From Podarcis liolepis (taxonomy: Eukaryota): a stretch of DNA of 64,000 nt. The notes beneath the pieces are model-generated. The model made no database searches. It saw only the letters and a program-made list of their open reading frames with translations, and had not been told where the DNA came from. Position numbers and translations under genes: made by a program. This document shows positions 1 to 14,219 of this stretch, in pieces. Every line of letters starts with the position of its first letter. The stretch's first letter is position 1. The stretch is taken from assembly GCA_965112155.1 (NCBI GenBank), contig OZ218106.1. One strand, 5' to 3'.

Positions 1-1339
1 CAAAAATGTCTTGTATTAAGGAAAATGTACCAAAAATGTGTACATTAGGAGGAATTTGCACTAAAATGCTGATTTATATTTTTTATTTTAAAAAATGCAG
101 ACGGATGTGGAGAACTGAATTTAAGAGTGGAAAAAATGAAGAAACTGAAATTGACAGATTTGTCCATCCCTACTATCTGTTTGCCTGTCTGTCTATCTAT
201 TTTATTATATATACCGCCCTTCATCAAAATATCGTGGGGCAGTTCACAAATCTACTTTTTTAAAAAAATCTCTGCCGGAAACATTGATGTTACAGCAACG
301 TAGGCATAGCAAACACTCCTGTCCTGTATAAAGTATCAAACAACTCCGAAGGTAAATATAGTCCAGGTTTTGAGGAGTTCTGATATTATGGGACTCTCAA
401 GGAAATGAAAGATGTTCTGAGAGGTGATGCAACTAATCACATGTGAGGATTATCTCTACTTACTAATTATAAGCCTGGGAAACTACTTTAGCAATTACTG
501 TTCTGATTTGATTTGGCTGATGTGGGTGGAATTTTCCTATCCAAGTTTCATTTACTTTGACATAGAATAAGGGGTACCTAGAAGATTTAAGGAGCACTGC
601 TGTTTACACCACTGCCATTAGTCCAGTCAATGAGGCAGCATGTTCAGGAGTAAGAATAGCATTCAAGAAAAGGAGAGGGAAGGAAGAAGTGTCACAATTT
701 CTCACAAGCCCTCACTTGCTAACTTATAAATGGAATTCTCAGGTGCAGAATAGAATCAGCAGCAGACCGAGATGTTGGTGGTATCCCGGGGCAGAAGGCA
801 GAAATGGATCTACTCACATAGCCTAATTTAATGACAGAAGAGGCATTTTCTCTGTCTGCTTGTGTTCGTAAGATCTTGCAGCATATCAGTCATGATGAAA
901 TTTAAATTCTCAAAATAAAAATCCCCATGGCTTAATTTGAGCAGGGCTTGTTCACTGAAAGCTATAAGTCTGCCTATCATTCTTCTTCAACAGCAGCTGA
1001 AGAGGCGAAAGAGGCAATATTTGTTTCGGATGTTCTCTCTCTCTTTCTCAGTCTATGAAGGCTGAATGAGAAGCACATTTCCCATCTGCCTGGGCTCGTA
1101 CAACTGTTTCTCTTGGATGTAGATTGCAGCAGAGCCATCCATGTTTGCGACCTCCAACAGGGATTACCGTTCCAATATTCTGAACACTGAGCTACTGTTG
1201 AAGGTCACTTGGATGCTGCAGCTAGCACAGGATTTGATCACCCCATTTGCTCTAGGTTGCTACTTGGATAAAATATTTTGCTCCAATTACACAGTTACCA
1301 AGGAACTAACTATGAACTGGAGACAAACACAAGGCCCTG

Positions 1340-1515
1340 TACCAAGTCCTGGGAGGGTCGTGGGCTGGATGAGAGTCAACAAACTGACCCTGAATCCTGG
1401 CAAGACAAATGTGCTATGGGTTGGTGGTTCTGAAGTCCAGGTAATTGGTCAATTGCCTCCTGAAGGAACAAGTTTGAATTTTTGGTCCTCCTGGATACCT
1501 TAGTCACTAAAGGAC
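1340..1515 (+). mobile_element. L2 LINE fragment
   Basis: WMRVNKLTLNPGKT motif of L2 RT. Confidence 0.7.
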
Positions 1516-2445
1516 ACACACTTACAAACCTGGTGACAGCAAGCCAGCAAGGATTAGCAAGTGCTAGTAACTCTGCCTTAGAATTTCTCTTTCTCCCCAC
1601 AATAGGATGTAATGTAACTTGTTTAAAAGAAGCTGTGAGTTACAATTAGTGCGACAAAATAAGCAGACAGCTGAATATTCACAGTAAGAAGGAAAGGCAA
1701 ACTAGCTACCCCTTCTTATAAACATATACAAGTTATGGAAAAGCTGGGTAAGTTAATATTTATCTATATCATAAGAGATCACACAAGTATCTTTTTAAAA
1801 AGCTCTTCCACTGATGCAAGTGTTTGGAAGTCAACCACTGGAATTTCCAGCACAAATGTGTCCAAACACATCTTCCTACAGCACCTCCTCTTTTGCAAAA
1901 GAAGCAGGCAAACTGGAAACACATCTCACTCCTGATTCCTGTTTCATGCAAAAACACAAAAAAGGAAGATTTTTGACAAGGTATGCTTTCAGGTACCACT
2001 GTCTATTCTCATAGCTGCTCTCCATCTCTCCAGTGCCTAATTGCCTCCTTCTGTGTCTGGAAACAATGCAAGGGCAACACAGAGATAACAGCTTCATCAT
2101 GAGTTATCCAAGCAATCGCAAATCAATGGGCCAGATTCACTGTTCCAGTGGGCCCAGGGCCAGCCCAAGAGATTTTGCTGCCTGAAGCAGAAATACAGGA
2201 AAACCCCCAGTCAAAGTCATAATACCCAAACCTAGCCAAATTATTATTGGCACCTAAAACAGAAAATCCTGCAAGAGTCTCTGTGTGGGAGTAAACACGC
2301 TACAGTAATAAATTAAATAGTAATTTGCAGCCCTTTCATGACACCCAAAATCACTTGTCTGAGGCATTCACCTCACTCGCCCTACTTTGGATCCTTGATT
2401 CCAATTAATTAAAGGTTTTGATTAGGCCTGGAAATGGACAAGGAG

Positions 2446-3163
2446 TAGGAATGGAAGAATCTGTCAGTATCATTTTTTCCAATCTCAAGTGCAGTTTGCC
2501 ACATTTCAGCATTAGTTTGTGAATTTCTTTATTTTTAAGTCCTTAAGGAGAGGAAATTAGCATTTTTGTGTGCATTTTTCCTAATATAAACACTTTTGTA
2601 TTTTACCCAATGCACAAGTGGTAGCAAGGAATTATCCTAATACAATGCATTTTAATGTCATTTTCACAATTAAGTGCAATTTTATTTCACCTAATATAAG
2701 TAAAAAGGAAAAGGACCGACCCCTGGAAGGTTAAGTCCAGTCAAAGCCGACTATGGGATTGTGGCGCTCATCTCGCTTTCAGGCTGAGGGAGCTGGCATT
2801 TGTCCACAGACAGTTTTCCGGGTCATGTGGCCAACATGACTAAACCGCTTCTGGCACAATGGAACACCATGACGGAGACCAGAGTGCACGGAAATGCCGT
2901 TTACCTTCCCACTGCAGTCGTACCTATTTATCTACTTGCACTGGTATGCTTTCGAACTGCTAGGTTGGCAGGAGCTGGGACAGAGCAATGGGAGCTCACC
3001 CCTAATATATACATTTTGAGGTTGGAAAACTACACCACAAAATTCAGAGAAGTGCAAATTCTGAAGGATATGTGCATCTCAGTTCACCTAGTATCTCAGA
3101 AATTGTGAATTGTGTAAGTTTGCTATAAAATGTGGGCTGAACCAAATTCCTCCCCCATCCCTA
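2446..3163. mobile_element. hAT (Ac-like TAGGGATG) MITE family
   Basis: TAGGAATG..CATCCCTA ends, AT-rich body. Partial copies at 1-172, ~15160-15457 and ~18030-18385. Confidence 0.65.
2699..3000 (-). mobile_element. Sauria SINE (Squam1), 5'-truncated, nested in a hAT MITE
   Basis: Matches the other Sauria SINE copies; TSD CCTAATATA at 2690-2698 and 3001-3009. Confidence 0.9.
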
Positions 3164-4044
3164 ACTGGGAATCAGTACAGAGAATAAAACACTGGTGTCA
3201 TCCATTCAAACCATGCAGTCCCCCATTAATAATCTTGTTGTCCTCTACTGGACCAGCTGAAGTTTCTGGGCAATGTTTAAAAGCAGCCCAACATGCAGTC
3301 CATTGCAATGATCCAAATGAGTTCATTGTGCTCCTATGAGACACACCCCTGTAATGTCAGTTCTGTAGGCATTTCTTTTCATGTCATATGTCTCCCATCT
3401 GATCCCGGGGCTGTGGGAAGATGCATCCAATTTGCACAGCACCAAAATAGAATAATCGGTACAACCAAAGCCCTGTAAGCAATCCACAGTGACAGCTGCC
3501 TTTCTGCCAAGATCCTATCATCTTCCCCAAAAGTTTTCATTCAGATACAGATCTTGATTATGCCCAAGCTTAAAAATAATGGGACGTGTTTCAACAAATA
3601 CACATAGTTTGAGCCTACTTTGACAGCTTATTTGCATAGACTTCTCTGAGCCTCCTAATTCTCAGTTGCCAGAAGTTCCATTACACTTAAAACACAGCTA
3701 GATAAGTGCAATAAACAAGATCACGTCCCCTGTGGATTCACTGGGAGCCTTCGGCGGGCCAGGCAGACAGATTCAACCATCTGCTCAATGGTATGTATGC
3801 ATTTCCTTACAGCCCATAATTTGCAAATTTCACTGGTATTTATATTAACTGGAGGCTGGTTAAATAGTCACACTCTTTCTCCAGGTTATGCAAGGAGCTG
3901 GAGTAGCTCTGCGAAGGGAGCTGGAGATCTCTGTTAGAGATCTCTGTCAGAGAATCAGCATTCTCACCAAACTTTCGTTCCCATGATTCTTTAGGGAAAG
4001 CCCCATGAGGTGCTCTTGATCTGTAGTACTTCCAATCCACCACT

Positions 4045-4255
4045 GGGGAAGGGCAGTAACTAAGTGGTAGTATACCTGCTTTGCATGCAGAAGGTTCCAG
4101 GTTCAATCCCTGGCATCTCCAGGTAGGTGTGGGAGAGACCCATGTCTGAAACCCTGGAGAGCTACCATCATTCCATGTAGACAATACTGAACTTGATGGA
4201 CCAACAGCCTGGCATGGTATCTCTTTGGCATGGCCATGGTATGCTCTTATGTCCT
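4045..4255 (+). mobile_element. tRNA(Ala)-like SINE (LF-SINE/Anolis-SINE2-related family)
   Basis: tRNA head (tttgcatgcagaagg..ggttcaatccctggcatctcca). Related copies at ~6982-7080(-), 10250-10420(+), 11645-11845(+), 48581-48732(-), 59890-60075(+). Confidence 0.7.
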
Positions 4256-5921
4256 TAAACTTTCTGCACAGTTCACCCTACTGAATAAGTACCTCTGACT
4301 GCTCCCAAGCTATTTCCTACAGCTTTCCTACATGGTTGTAAAAGCATGGATGTGATCTCAGAAGCAACCTTTGTCAAAGAAGACAACTGTAGGCAGCAAG
4401 ATGGAGCACATGTTGATCAAACTGGAGAATGCCATGTTAGTCAAAGCCATTATTGGATTCAGCTTCCTGCTAAAGATCCAGCTTTATTAATGACAGTTCC
4501 TAGATGGGCTCTAAGGCCCACTTTGTCAGTATCACATAACTTAACACATGACTCTATGTGTTAGTAGACACCCAGAGAATGGGATTTCACAGTCCTGAGG
4601 TAACCGAAATGGTCTTTTTCAGGGATCTTAACCTTGAGCTAGCAATTATTGCTCTTCAAGGAACAAGACGTTTGGTGCAGCTGTTTACTATTTACACAAA
4701 AGAGCTGACATATGAGCCTCACACCCCAGTCCCATTCATCATTCATTTTGTTTGACCATGTGAACAACTTTGTTTGAAGAAATAGTCTTTAGATGTAAAA
4801 AAAAAAAAAAAATGCAGAGCAAGCTGTCTTCAGCTGTTGCCAGTGAACTCTCTTAAAGTCGTGCTTATTTTCAGATATCATATTAATTATTCTGTTTATT
4901 TCCTTGCAGGTTTATTGTTGAGAGCACAGCCATGAAAAATGAATGCTGGACAAATGATTAACCACGAAGCAGAAGTCTGAAAGCAAAGGGGTTGGGTTTA
5001 CGTTAAAAAGCTCTCCTTTTTATGAGGATAATATATTATTTGAGAATGAGTTATTTATTAGAGCCATGTGGAATAGGAAAAAGGGATGGTTATTAAAGTG
5101 TAGCCATATGAGGAATCTATGTGTGCATTTGTGAACTTGACAACTCAAGAGGGAAACATTTTTATCACTTTCATCAAATACATATACAACTTCCATTTAC
5201 TTTGATTTTACGTATATCTGTGCACTACCATGAACCAAACCTCTTCTTATCTGTAGCAATCTGTAGAAATTTCCAATAGTTTAAGTTGCATACACTCAGG
5301 AAAAACTAGAGCTCACCCTCAGTAGGAAAAGAAAAATGGTTTTTGTCTACAGAAGGTAAAATCATTTTTAAAATTAGGAAAACTTTCCAGATTGTGGGAG
5401 CAAGTCATCAGAGGAACGAATTACAAAAAGAAGTAACTTCCATGGAAATTTCCAACGAATGCATAAAGAGGTATGTGCCAGCAACAATGCTGTTTTAGGA
5501 AAGATGTTGGATTTATTTATTTAAATAATTTTAAGCCCCTTCTCAGAGCTACATCCTCACAAAGTGTGTGTGATCTATTGATCCCTTCTAATTATACTAT
5601 TCATTTTACTGCATTTATTAACTATGTTTCTATACTGTCCAATAATCAAATTACTCTGGGTAGCAATCCATAAAAACTATTAAAATGAAATGCAAATACA
5701 GCTACAAAATAGCACACACCACAGCAGAAATAAAATCAATAAAAGCAAGCACAGCTGGCTCTTTAAAACCAGAACCTTAAAATCTATTAAAAGAACAGGG
5801 TTCCTAAGATGTTGGGGGGAAGGAAAGAAAGGTCTTGACTTTGCCTAGCATCATAAAGAATCCAAAGAAGGCATCAGATGAGCTTAGAAAAAATACCTTA
5901 CCTTCTACAATCATAGTTATA

Positions 5922-6247
5922 CAGTGGTGCCTTGCAAGACGAAAATAATCCGTTCCGCGAGTCTCTTCGTCTAGCGGTTTTTTCGTCTTGCGAAGCAACC
6001 CTATTAGCGGATTAGCGGATTAGCGCTATTAGCGGTTTAGCGGCTTAGCGGCTAAAAGGCTATTAGCGCCTTAGCGGCTTAGAAAAGGGGGGGGAGCGAA
6101 AAAAATCACAAGACTCGCAAGACGTTTTCGTCTTGCAAAGCAAGCCCATAGGGAAATTCGTCTTGCGAAGCGCATCGAAAAACAGAAAACCCTTTCGTCT
6201 AGCGGGTTTTTCGTCTTGCGAGGCATTCATCTTGCGGGGCACCACTG
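5922..6247. mobile_element. Tc1/mariner (Tigger/pogo-like) MITE with internal TTAGCG array
   Basis: TIRs CAGTGGTGCC..GCAAGA / TCTTGC..GGCACCACTG; TA on both sides. Confidence 0.88.
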
Positions 6248-6501
6248 TATTCCTAGCTGTCATTAGAATACCCATACTCCAACCTGAAGATTGTTTAAAT
6301 GTGTGATAGGGCATTGTTGTTGCTGTGTTCTGGTAAAAATGTCTTTGGTTATAGATCTAATTAAATAGGAACCTTGCTGTTTAGGGGAAAGTTGGGGCAA
6401 GTGGAAGAGGTCATTGGGTGCAGGGCCAGTGTGCTCCCTCATGTGTCCCCTTTAGGAAGGCTTCACACATCCTTGGAACACCTAGAAAGGGCTCCTGTGT
6501 A

Positions 6502-6714
6502 CAGTGGTACCTCAGGTTACAAACCGACTCCGCTAACCCAGAAGTAGTACCTCAGGTTAAGAACTTTACCTCAGGATGAGAACAAAAATCGTGCAGTAGT
6601 AGTGCAGCGACAGCAGGAGGCCCAGTAGCTAAAGTGGTACCTCAGGTTAAGAACGGTTTCAGGTTAAGAACGGACCTCCAGAACAAATTAAGTTCATAAC
6701 CAGAGGTACCACTG
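6502..6714. mobile_element. Tc1/mariner MITE
   Basis: TIRs CAGTGGTACCTC / GAGGTACCACTG; TA TSD. Confidence 0.88.
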
Positions 6715-9696
6715 TATTCTGTATTTGAAACTGGACTATTCCCACATAGGGCTTGCCCACATTTCCACTTGCGCCATGCCTAGAAAGCATGGGTCCAAGC
6801 AGTTTTCCACTAGTCCAAATGGTTTTCCCCATGCCCCACACCTTTCCAAGGGAAAACCTGCTCTATAGTAATAGATCAGAACAAATGGCAATGAGGACGG
6901 ACGGACCCCGAAGCAGTTTCCCCTGGGGAAAAGCAGCGGGACGAGGAAGTGTGTATAAGCCCATATAGTTGGATTTCGTGGAACATAAGAAGCTGCCTTA
7001 TACTGAGTCAGGCCATTGGTCCATCTAGCTCAAAACTGTCTATACTGACCAGCAGTGGCTTTCCATGTTTGAGACAGGGAGTTTCTGTGTACTGTTGTTG
7101 TTATTATGCAGAACCTTTCGCTTTTTATTGAGCTGATTGGTCACATCATGGACATCATCCTCTTTTAGATCTAGCCTAAATTTTCAGTGCATCCTATGTT
7201 TGCTCAGAAGTAAGTCCTACTAGTAAGTGTGTTTAGAATTGCAGGCTCTTGTTGCATTTTGATGCCTGCCATATAACACCTGGACATAACCACCATATAT
7301 ATTGCTGATCCAGATCTCTCTCTTAAATTAATAGGTACAGTCTGTAAATCTGTTCAGAAGACAGAGTGGGATTAAATGGCTTTTAAATGTAATTACCCAT
7401 CTTCACTAATTTGTGGATCAACCCGTTCTGTGTCTTTCTGGAAAGAATAGTGGAGACGTATTTTGAAATCAAAGCACTTATGCTTGTGGCTATCAGGTTG
7501 AAGTGATCCAAGATTGCACAATTATTAGGCAACCTAGTTCTGAGAGTGAAATTATACGGAAAGTAATTTTATACCTCTCCTTATACACAGATTGTCCAGA
7601 GGAAAGGGCTTGGAAAACAGACCAATCATGGATTTACAGGGGATTTGGAAAGTCAAACACAAGAACCTATGCTTTACCTTTTGGTTTAAAAATAATACTA
7701 TCCTTAACCTTTGTAGCACCAGTGTTATTTCAAGCAACTCTGGTTTATAGAAACTATCCTGTGGGAAATGATTTATATATTGGTTTTTCTTTAGGCAAAA
7801 CATACAGATATAATAAACAAATCTGACGTTTATGGCCCAATTAATTTTTTGCCAAACCTAGAAGCCATATTTTGTGTCCTCCGTGTGGTTTGTGCAAAAT
7901 TTCAACATGGAAATTTTATTGGGGAAAGATGGAAGCATTTAATTCCTGAAACATGCAATAAATGTCATTCAGAAATATAGCATGAGATTGCATTTTCTCA
8001 GTGACAAAATCTCATGTTTTGAGACCACTAAAAGTGATATTCCTGCAAAAGATGCAGAACCCTGAGCACTGTGCAGATGGTGCAGAACAAATGGCAAACA
8101 GATGTCCTTCTTTGCAAACAAAAATGTGATATGGAAAGATCCAGAGTTTAAGCTATATTCCAGTATATCCCTAAAGAGCAGAACCAGATATATCTGGAAA
8201 AGGTGTCAGCAGGAGACACTCCAATGCAAAGACACAAATATTCTACTTAATAAAAGACTGAAGGATGAACATAGCTTACAGGTTCTGAAGGGGAAGGTTA
8301 GGGGGGCTTCCAGCCTGCTGTTTTCAGGGGGAAATTTAGCCACATACCAGCCAATTCCAGATGCACAATAAAAACTGATGTGGAGCTCTTGCACAACAAA
8401 TCCACTACCACTATCCCCAAAAACGTTGTTGTTGGTGGTGGTGGTGGTGGTGGTGTTTGCAATAAGGAAAGTGATGGGGAAGATGCACTGGGAAGTGAGA
8501 TAACATGTGCTTGATGTGATGTCTTTTAGCCTTCCCACAGATGAATCAGAATGAATGGTCGATAAATAGCATTCCTGGGTTATCTAACCTGCCCACAAAT
8601 TGTGTAAAAACTCACCATGTTGAATGGTCAATAAGCAGGTTGTCTGGAAATTACGTAGACAACATTCTGTCTCGTGTTTATTCTTTAGACTACTTGTTCA
8701 CTTTGTAGGACCTATCTATGAAATCCCAGTTGGTATAACCATATATTTAATATTTTCAACATGTATAAGGAATTAGAGTACACTGATCCAAGGCTATAAT
8801 GTGCTATTTAGTGTTAAAACACAACCCAGGCAAAATTTATTTTCTATCACCAGTATCTTGAATTATTGCTACTAACATCCTATGCAGATCTCTTCTTCTT
8901 ACACTCATTCTTCTTCAGCACTTCTTGGCTTTCATTCAACCTGTAGTTCAAAAAATGCCATCCAGAAAAGTCAATGTGCTCTGCCAGAAGTCTGGTTTTA
9001 CTTTGACGAAAGTGGATCCCCATTCCCTGAGTCTGATCAAATTTTGACCTTTTAAATTACTGTTTAAAAACATATATTAAGAACTTCCCTGCAAACTGCC
9101 TAGACTCCATATACAGTACTGTAGTTCTTCCAGAATTAATTTAATTAAATCTCACATAAGATATCCTTTTCATATCTTTGTGTTATTTCCACTTGGGGCG
9201 ATACTAACTCCCCCCCCCCCGCGCGCCCTCTTGACTTGGGTCAATTCACTGTGGTCAAAATTGAAAACTCCTATCATGCAATATTTATGAATTATTATGT
9301 ACAGAAGCTCTTCTTTGGGCACTTAGCAGAGCACACCATTTGGAATATATGCTCATGTATATAGATTTAATAAATTGTTTATGATTTTTTAAAAGAAAAA
9401 GAAAGAAAAATCTAGTTGTATTGATTGGATTTATTTTTAGCCAACTTTCAATATAAAGTTTTCCAAATAACTACAAAAATCAAACCATAAAATTTTATAA
9501 AAACAGTGCAAACTAGGCAAAAGATATCAGATATGGGGTGTAGAAAAGCATGTTAGCAGACTTATGAAAACCCAAGAAGGACTTGGCAGGCCTCAAGAAG
9601 CATAACAGAGAAGGAGGAATTTGGTGAAGTCTCATTAGTAGATTGTAAGTACCAAGGGGGCTTGTTAGAAGAGAGATCATTAAATTGACAGGTAGG

Positions 9697-10212
9697 GAAT
9701 CATAGAATTGTAAAGTTGAAAGGGTCATCTAGTCCAACCCCCTGCAATGCAGAAATCTCAACTAAAGCATCCATGACAACTGGCCATCCAACCTCTGTTT
9801 GTTAAAACCTCTAAGGAAGGAGAGTCCACAACTTCCTGAGGTAGACCATTCCACTGTTGAACAGTTCTTACTGTCAGAACGTTCTTCCTGATATTTAGTC
9901 GGAATCTCCTTTCTTGTAACTGGAATCTACTGGTTCAGGTCCTACCCTCTGGAGCAGGAGAAAATAAGCTTGCTCCATCCTCCGTGTGACAGCCTTTAGA
10001 TATTTGAAGGCAGCCATCTTATCTCCTCTCAGTCTCTTCTCTTCTAGGCTAAACATACCCAGCTCCCTCAACTGTTCTTCATAAGGCTTGTTTTCAAGCC
10101 CCTTGGTCATCTTGGTCACCCTTGTCTGCACATGCTCCAGCTTGTGAATATCCTTCTTCAATTGCGGCACCCAGAACTGGACACAGGTGTAGTCTGACCA
10201 AGGCAGAATAGA
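9697..10212 (-). mobile_element. CR1 LINE 3' end
   Basis: ORF2 C-terminus [38 protein letters not shown]; ATTCTATGATT tail. Confidence 0.92.
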
Positions 10213-12751
10213 TTTATATCATGGCATTACACTGCTTCAGCAATTTGTGAGGAAGAAGGACTATGGCTCAGTGAGAGTCCTGGCTTCAATTCTTGACGTC
10301 TCCAAGTTCAGCTGATAAAATCTCCCCTCAGCAGCCCTAGTAAGCCAAAGTCACTCAGTAAAAGCAATGCATCAATTAGATGGGTCAATGGCTTCCTTGG
10401 CCCAAACCAGAATCCCATGTCCTACAGAACACCGTGTTTTGCAGAAAGACTGCAAAGAACACCAAACTCTTCTCCAGTAGGTCTGCTGTAACACATCCTC
10501 AGCTATTGAGCATTTTCAAGAATTTCCCTATTTATTTTTTCACCGTATGCCATTCAGTAATTGTAAGGGTGTACAGTTTAGGTTGTGTTTTTCTTTCTGC
10601 TGACAAGATCTCTTGTTGTCAGAACAAGCACTGGCAGCCTCAGGCCTGAGTAGTTTAGATACAGAGAGCTTTATCTCTGTAGTTATCGGTGAGAAGTTGT
10701 TCCGTGTTCAGTTTAGTAGAAGTTGAAAGATGGCATACCAGAGTTGCAATTTACGGGTACTGAAAGTTAGAGTATACAACTTCTTTGCCAAATTGCGAGA
10801 GCATTAGGTACTTTTTTAGGGCAGGTATTGGCCACTAATTGACCCAGCAGATGGCTGCCATCCAAGACTGATCTCATTTAGTGGGTTTACACGCATTTTA
10901 TTGTTGCCTTTCATTGCTGCTCTGCTTTATTGGCTTGCATTTAAGGAATGTACCATCATCTTCCTTTAAGAGAGAACTTGAAGTTGCTACAGCATGTAAA
11001 GCAACAGCAAAAGACAAAACAGCAACAAAATGAAATAATACAAGAATGTAAAATGCTGTGAGATTGGGAAAACAGCCCCCCAAAACCTTGCCCAATCTTA
11101 GCAGAAGTAGGAACTCCCCATCAGCACCAAATCCAACACTCACACAAACCTCCTCAAAGAGTCGTATATTTACCAGATGCTGGAAGGCATATAGTGAAAG
11201 GCCCCAGGGGACCAGTCCAGAACACTGGCACCATGACTGAGAAGACTTGCTTCCCTTACCCACCTCCAGGAGAACATGGAGCAGCACCTCAGATGCCGCA
11301 TCTTGGATGCTGAGCAGCACCTTGGACACTGAACGAAGTACCCATATGGGAAAGATTCTCCTTAATGTACATCTGGGCAGATAGAAAGGTGCTGATCAGT
11401 GGCTAAAAATCATGGTCTCCTGGAATGCTACCTGCAGCTCACCTTGTGTACAGTCTATCCTAGAACCAGTGCTGCAAAATATAACATATGCACAAGTGTT
11501 AAATAGAAGTCAATTGGCATATTAGTATCTGGTGATGTGTGGGTGGTGAGCTTCAGAATTTGCAGGTATTCCCTCTGTATCAGCATGCTGTGACACAGAG
11601 CCAACATGAAGACAAGCCCAACCAATTATAAATGTATGACGGGGGGGGCAATATAATTCAGTAACAGAGTGTATGCTTTGTGTGCAAAAGATGATGGGTT
11701 CAGACTAGGCATCTCCAGATCTCAAGTGCTAGGACTGGGAAATGCAGCTCTCTCTGAGACCTTGATGAGCCAACATCAGTCAGAGGAGACAATATTGGGC
11801 TCAATATGCTAATGGTCTGACTCGGTGCACGGCAACTTCCTTTGAAAACACGGTTTGCATCTTACAACCTTTGTCCCCTGTTCTCCAGTGTCATCTTGTA
11901 CAAAGGAGCAAAACAGATAATTTTTCAGACATTTTTCTAGGCTAGGTGTGCTATTCAAATGTCATTGGACTCCATCTCCCAATAACCCTAGCCAGCATAG
12001 TCAATGATTGAGATGATGGGAATTGTAGTTTAGTGATATCTGGAGAGCATGTTGATTATATTCCTGTCCTAGGCAGTCAATGAGTAAATGTGGGAAATGC
12101 CAAGTTTCTATTGTCCAGATAAACCAGAAGGACAGAGGCAGAAAACAGTGGCATTCTGGTTGTGCCATGTGATCTGTTGAACTGATATTTTGGATTCACC
12201 TTGAGGCTTCAGTATGTTATGTCATTTTGAAAGAAAGTGTCTAAGGGCCTGCCTGATGTTTGCTCCACCTTAAGACAGAGACTTGCAAATTTTCTGGCTT
12301 TGAGTCATGTTCTCAGACTCACAGGCAGGACTGTCAGGGCTGAGAAAATTGTAGTCCGTTCAGCATCCAGAGGGAGTGCCTTATGTCAGTGGTCATGCCA
12401 GCCAGTTTTACAGTAATCTCTACAGCTTTAGCCAAACCTCCTTGTCAGGTTGAAATGCATGGTCTATAGAGATATAGGGATTAGAGCAGAGAAAGAAAAA
12501 GATAGAGGTCCTCCAATTTCTGGAAGGGAGCAAGCTAGGGTGGTTTTGGTAACAAATTACAAGAGGAGGGTTGAGGTTCCAAATTATCAAAGTAAGCAAA
12601 AAATCCACGTTATCTTTCCCATTCCAGTTCATAACACAACAGACCTTTTCAGCTTGTAAATCACCTTGTGCATAGTAATATAGAAAGGCGGTATACAAAT
12701 TAAAAGTGAAGTGAAATGAAATGAGATTGCAAGAACCAACATCTGAGTTGG

Positions 12752-13010
12752 AGTGATGGCACTAACTTGGATGGCTTTGAGAGAGGATTATACAAATTAA
12801 TGGAGTAGAAGTCTATCAATGGCTACTAGTCATGCTGCCTATATATTGCATCCCGTATCACAGGTATTTGTTGGGGAACAACAGTGGGAAGGCTATTACA
12901 TCCATTCCCTGCTTATGGGCTTCCCATAGGCATCTAGTTGGCCATTGTGGGAACAGAATGCTGGATGAAATAGACTTTTCATATGATCCAGCAGCACTCC
13001 TCTCTTGCTC
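12752..13010 (+). mobile_element. Older CR1-type 3' end
   Basis: tggctttgagagagga..ggccattgtggga..tgatccagcag tail. Shorter related pieces at ~41625-41735 and ~63690-63775. Confidence 0.65.
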
Positions 13011-13768
13011 ACAGGGACACTGTGTACATCTCTTGCAGTGAAGGGATATTCCCATTTGACAGAGCTCTTCCGCTTCTGAAGAATCAAGGGGCTTGGAAGC
13101 ATAGAACCAGGCAGAACTTCATACAATGGAGGAAAATGTGGTAGACTCTAAGGGATGAATCCACATTTAGGATCTCCATCTCAATGAGAGACATCTGAGA
13201 TGTATAGCACTGGTGCTTATTTGTGGAGTCTTCTCATGTGATAAAAGTCACCCCCTGCCCTTGATTGCTGACACTCATGGGATTTAAGCAGTGTAATATT
13301 CCATTAAGAGAAGGGGAAGAACAGCTTCTGTCCATGATTGATAAGGTGCTATCCATTATGCTCATTATGGTATGAGACACTTCTATGAGGTAGTGCCAAA
13401 TTTCTCAACACATCATACATGGGAGAGCATGTCTTAGGCTGAAGTCAAATACATTGGATCCCTGGGGGGTGGGAGTGGGGAGGGAGGATAGTGATCTATG
13501 CTTCCAACAGGAAATATATTTCCCAGTCCTTTTTAAAAATACCTACAGCTTTTGAAAAAAAATCAGATATAGAGAACAACAAACATGACTTAATCTAGAA
13601 CTCAGTAGTAAGAATGATCTGCTCTTAGATAGGGCCAGGGCGTATCAGGTCAAATAATAGTTTAGCTGGCATGTACAAGCGCCGCAGGGAAAACAGCAGA
13701 ACACCTGTGTAATACTTTTGCTCTTTAACAGGGCCTATTGTCTCACCCGTCAATTATCTCAGCAGAGT

Positions 13769-13769
<1 letters not shown>

Positions 13770-13807
<38 letters not shown>
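13770..13807. repeat. (CT)n microsatellite
   Basis: Direct inspection. Confidence 0.95.
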
Positions 13808-13810
<3 letters not shown>

Positions 13811-14219
13811 ATCGGAACAGAACCAGTTTTATGAACAAATATACCAATGTTAAAAGACGCAATTTTCAGTTAACAAAGCATAAATTGGGTGCTAGTTCAG
13901 TTGAAGGTTTATCCCCACAAATCTTTAATTATTTAACTAGGAGTAAAGATGGTTCCTGAGATTTCTTAACAGAAGACCACATGAAAACAGTTTGCTATAA
14001 AACCAAAATAAATTAATATCATTTACGTTCTTTTAAAACTCGTTTGAATTCAATGCTTCTCCAGATATTTCTTTCTTTCCAATATCCCTTTCCTAAGGTA
14101 ACCCATATATAGAAGAGAGAGTCTAGGTTACACATGCTCTGCTTACATCCAGACTAGACTACCATAATGTACTCAGCATGGGTCTGTCTTTAAAGACAGT
14201 TCAGAAACTTCAGCTTGTA

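Noticed and set aside
997-1015. CTGAAGAGGCGAAA hammerhead-like string
   Set aside because: No room for stem II and no stems I or III; chance match.
6004-6082. Interstitial telomeric repeat
   Set aside because: The unit is TTAGCGGN, not TTAGGG, and lies within a MITE.
10898-11329. 143-aa hydrophobic minus-strand ORF
   Set aside because: No recognisable homology, non-ATG start and no supporting splice structure.
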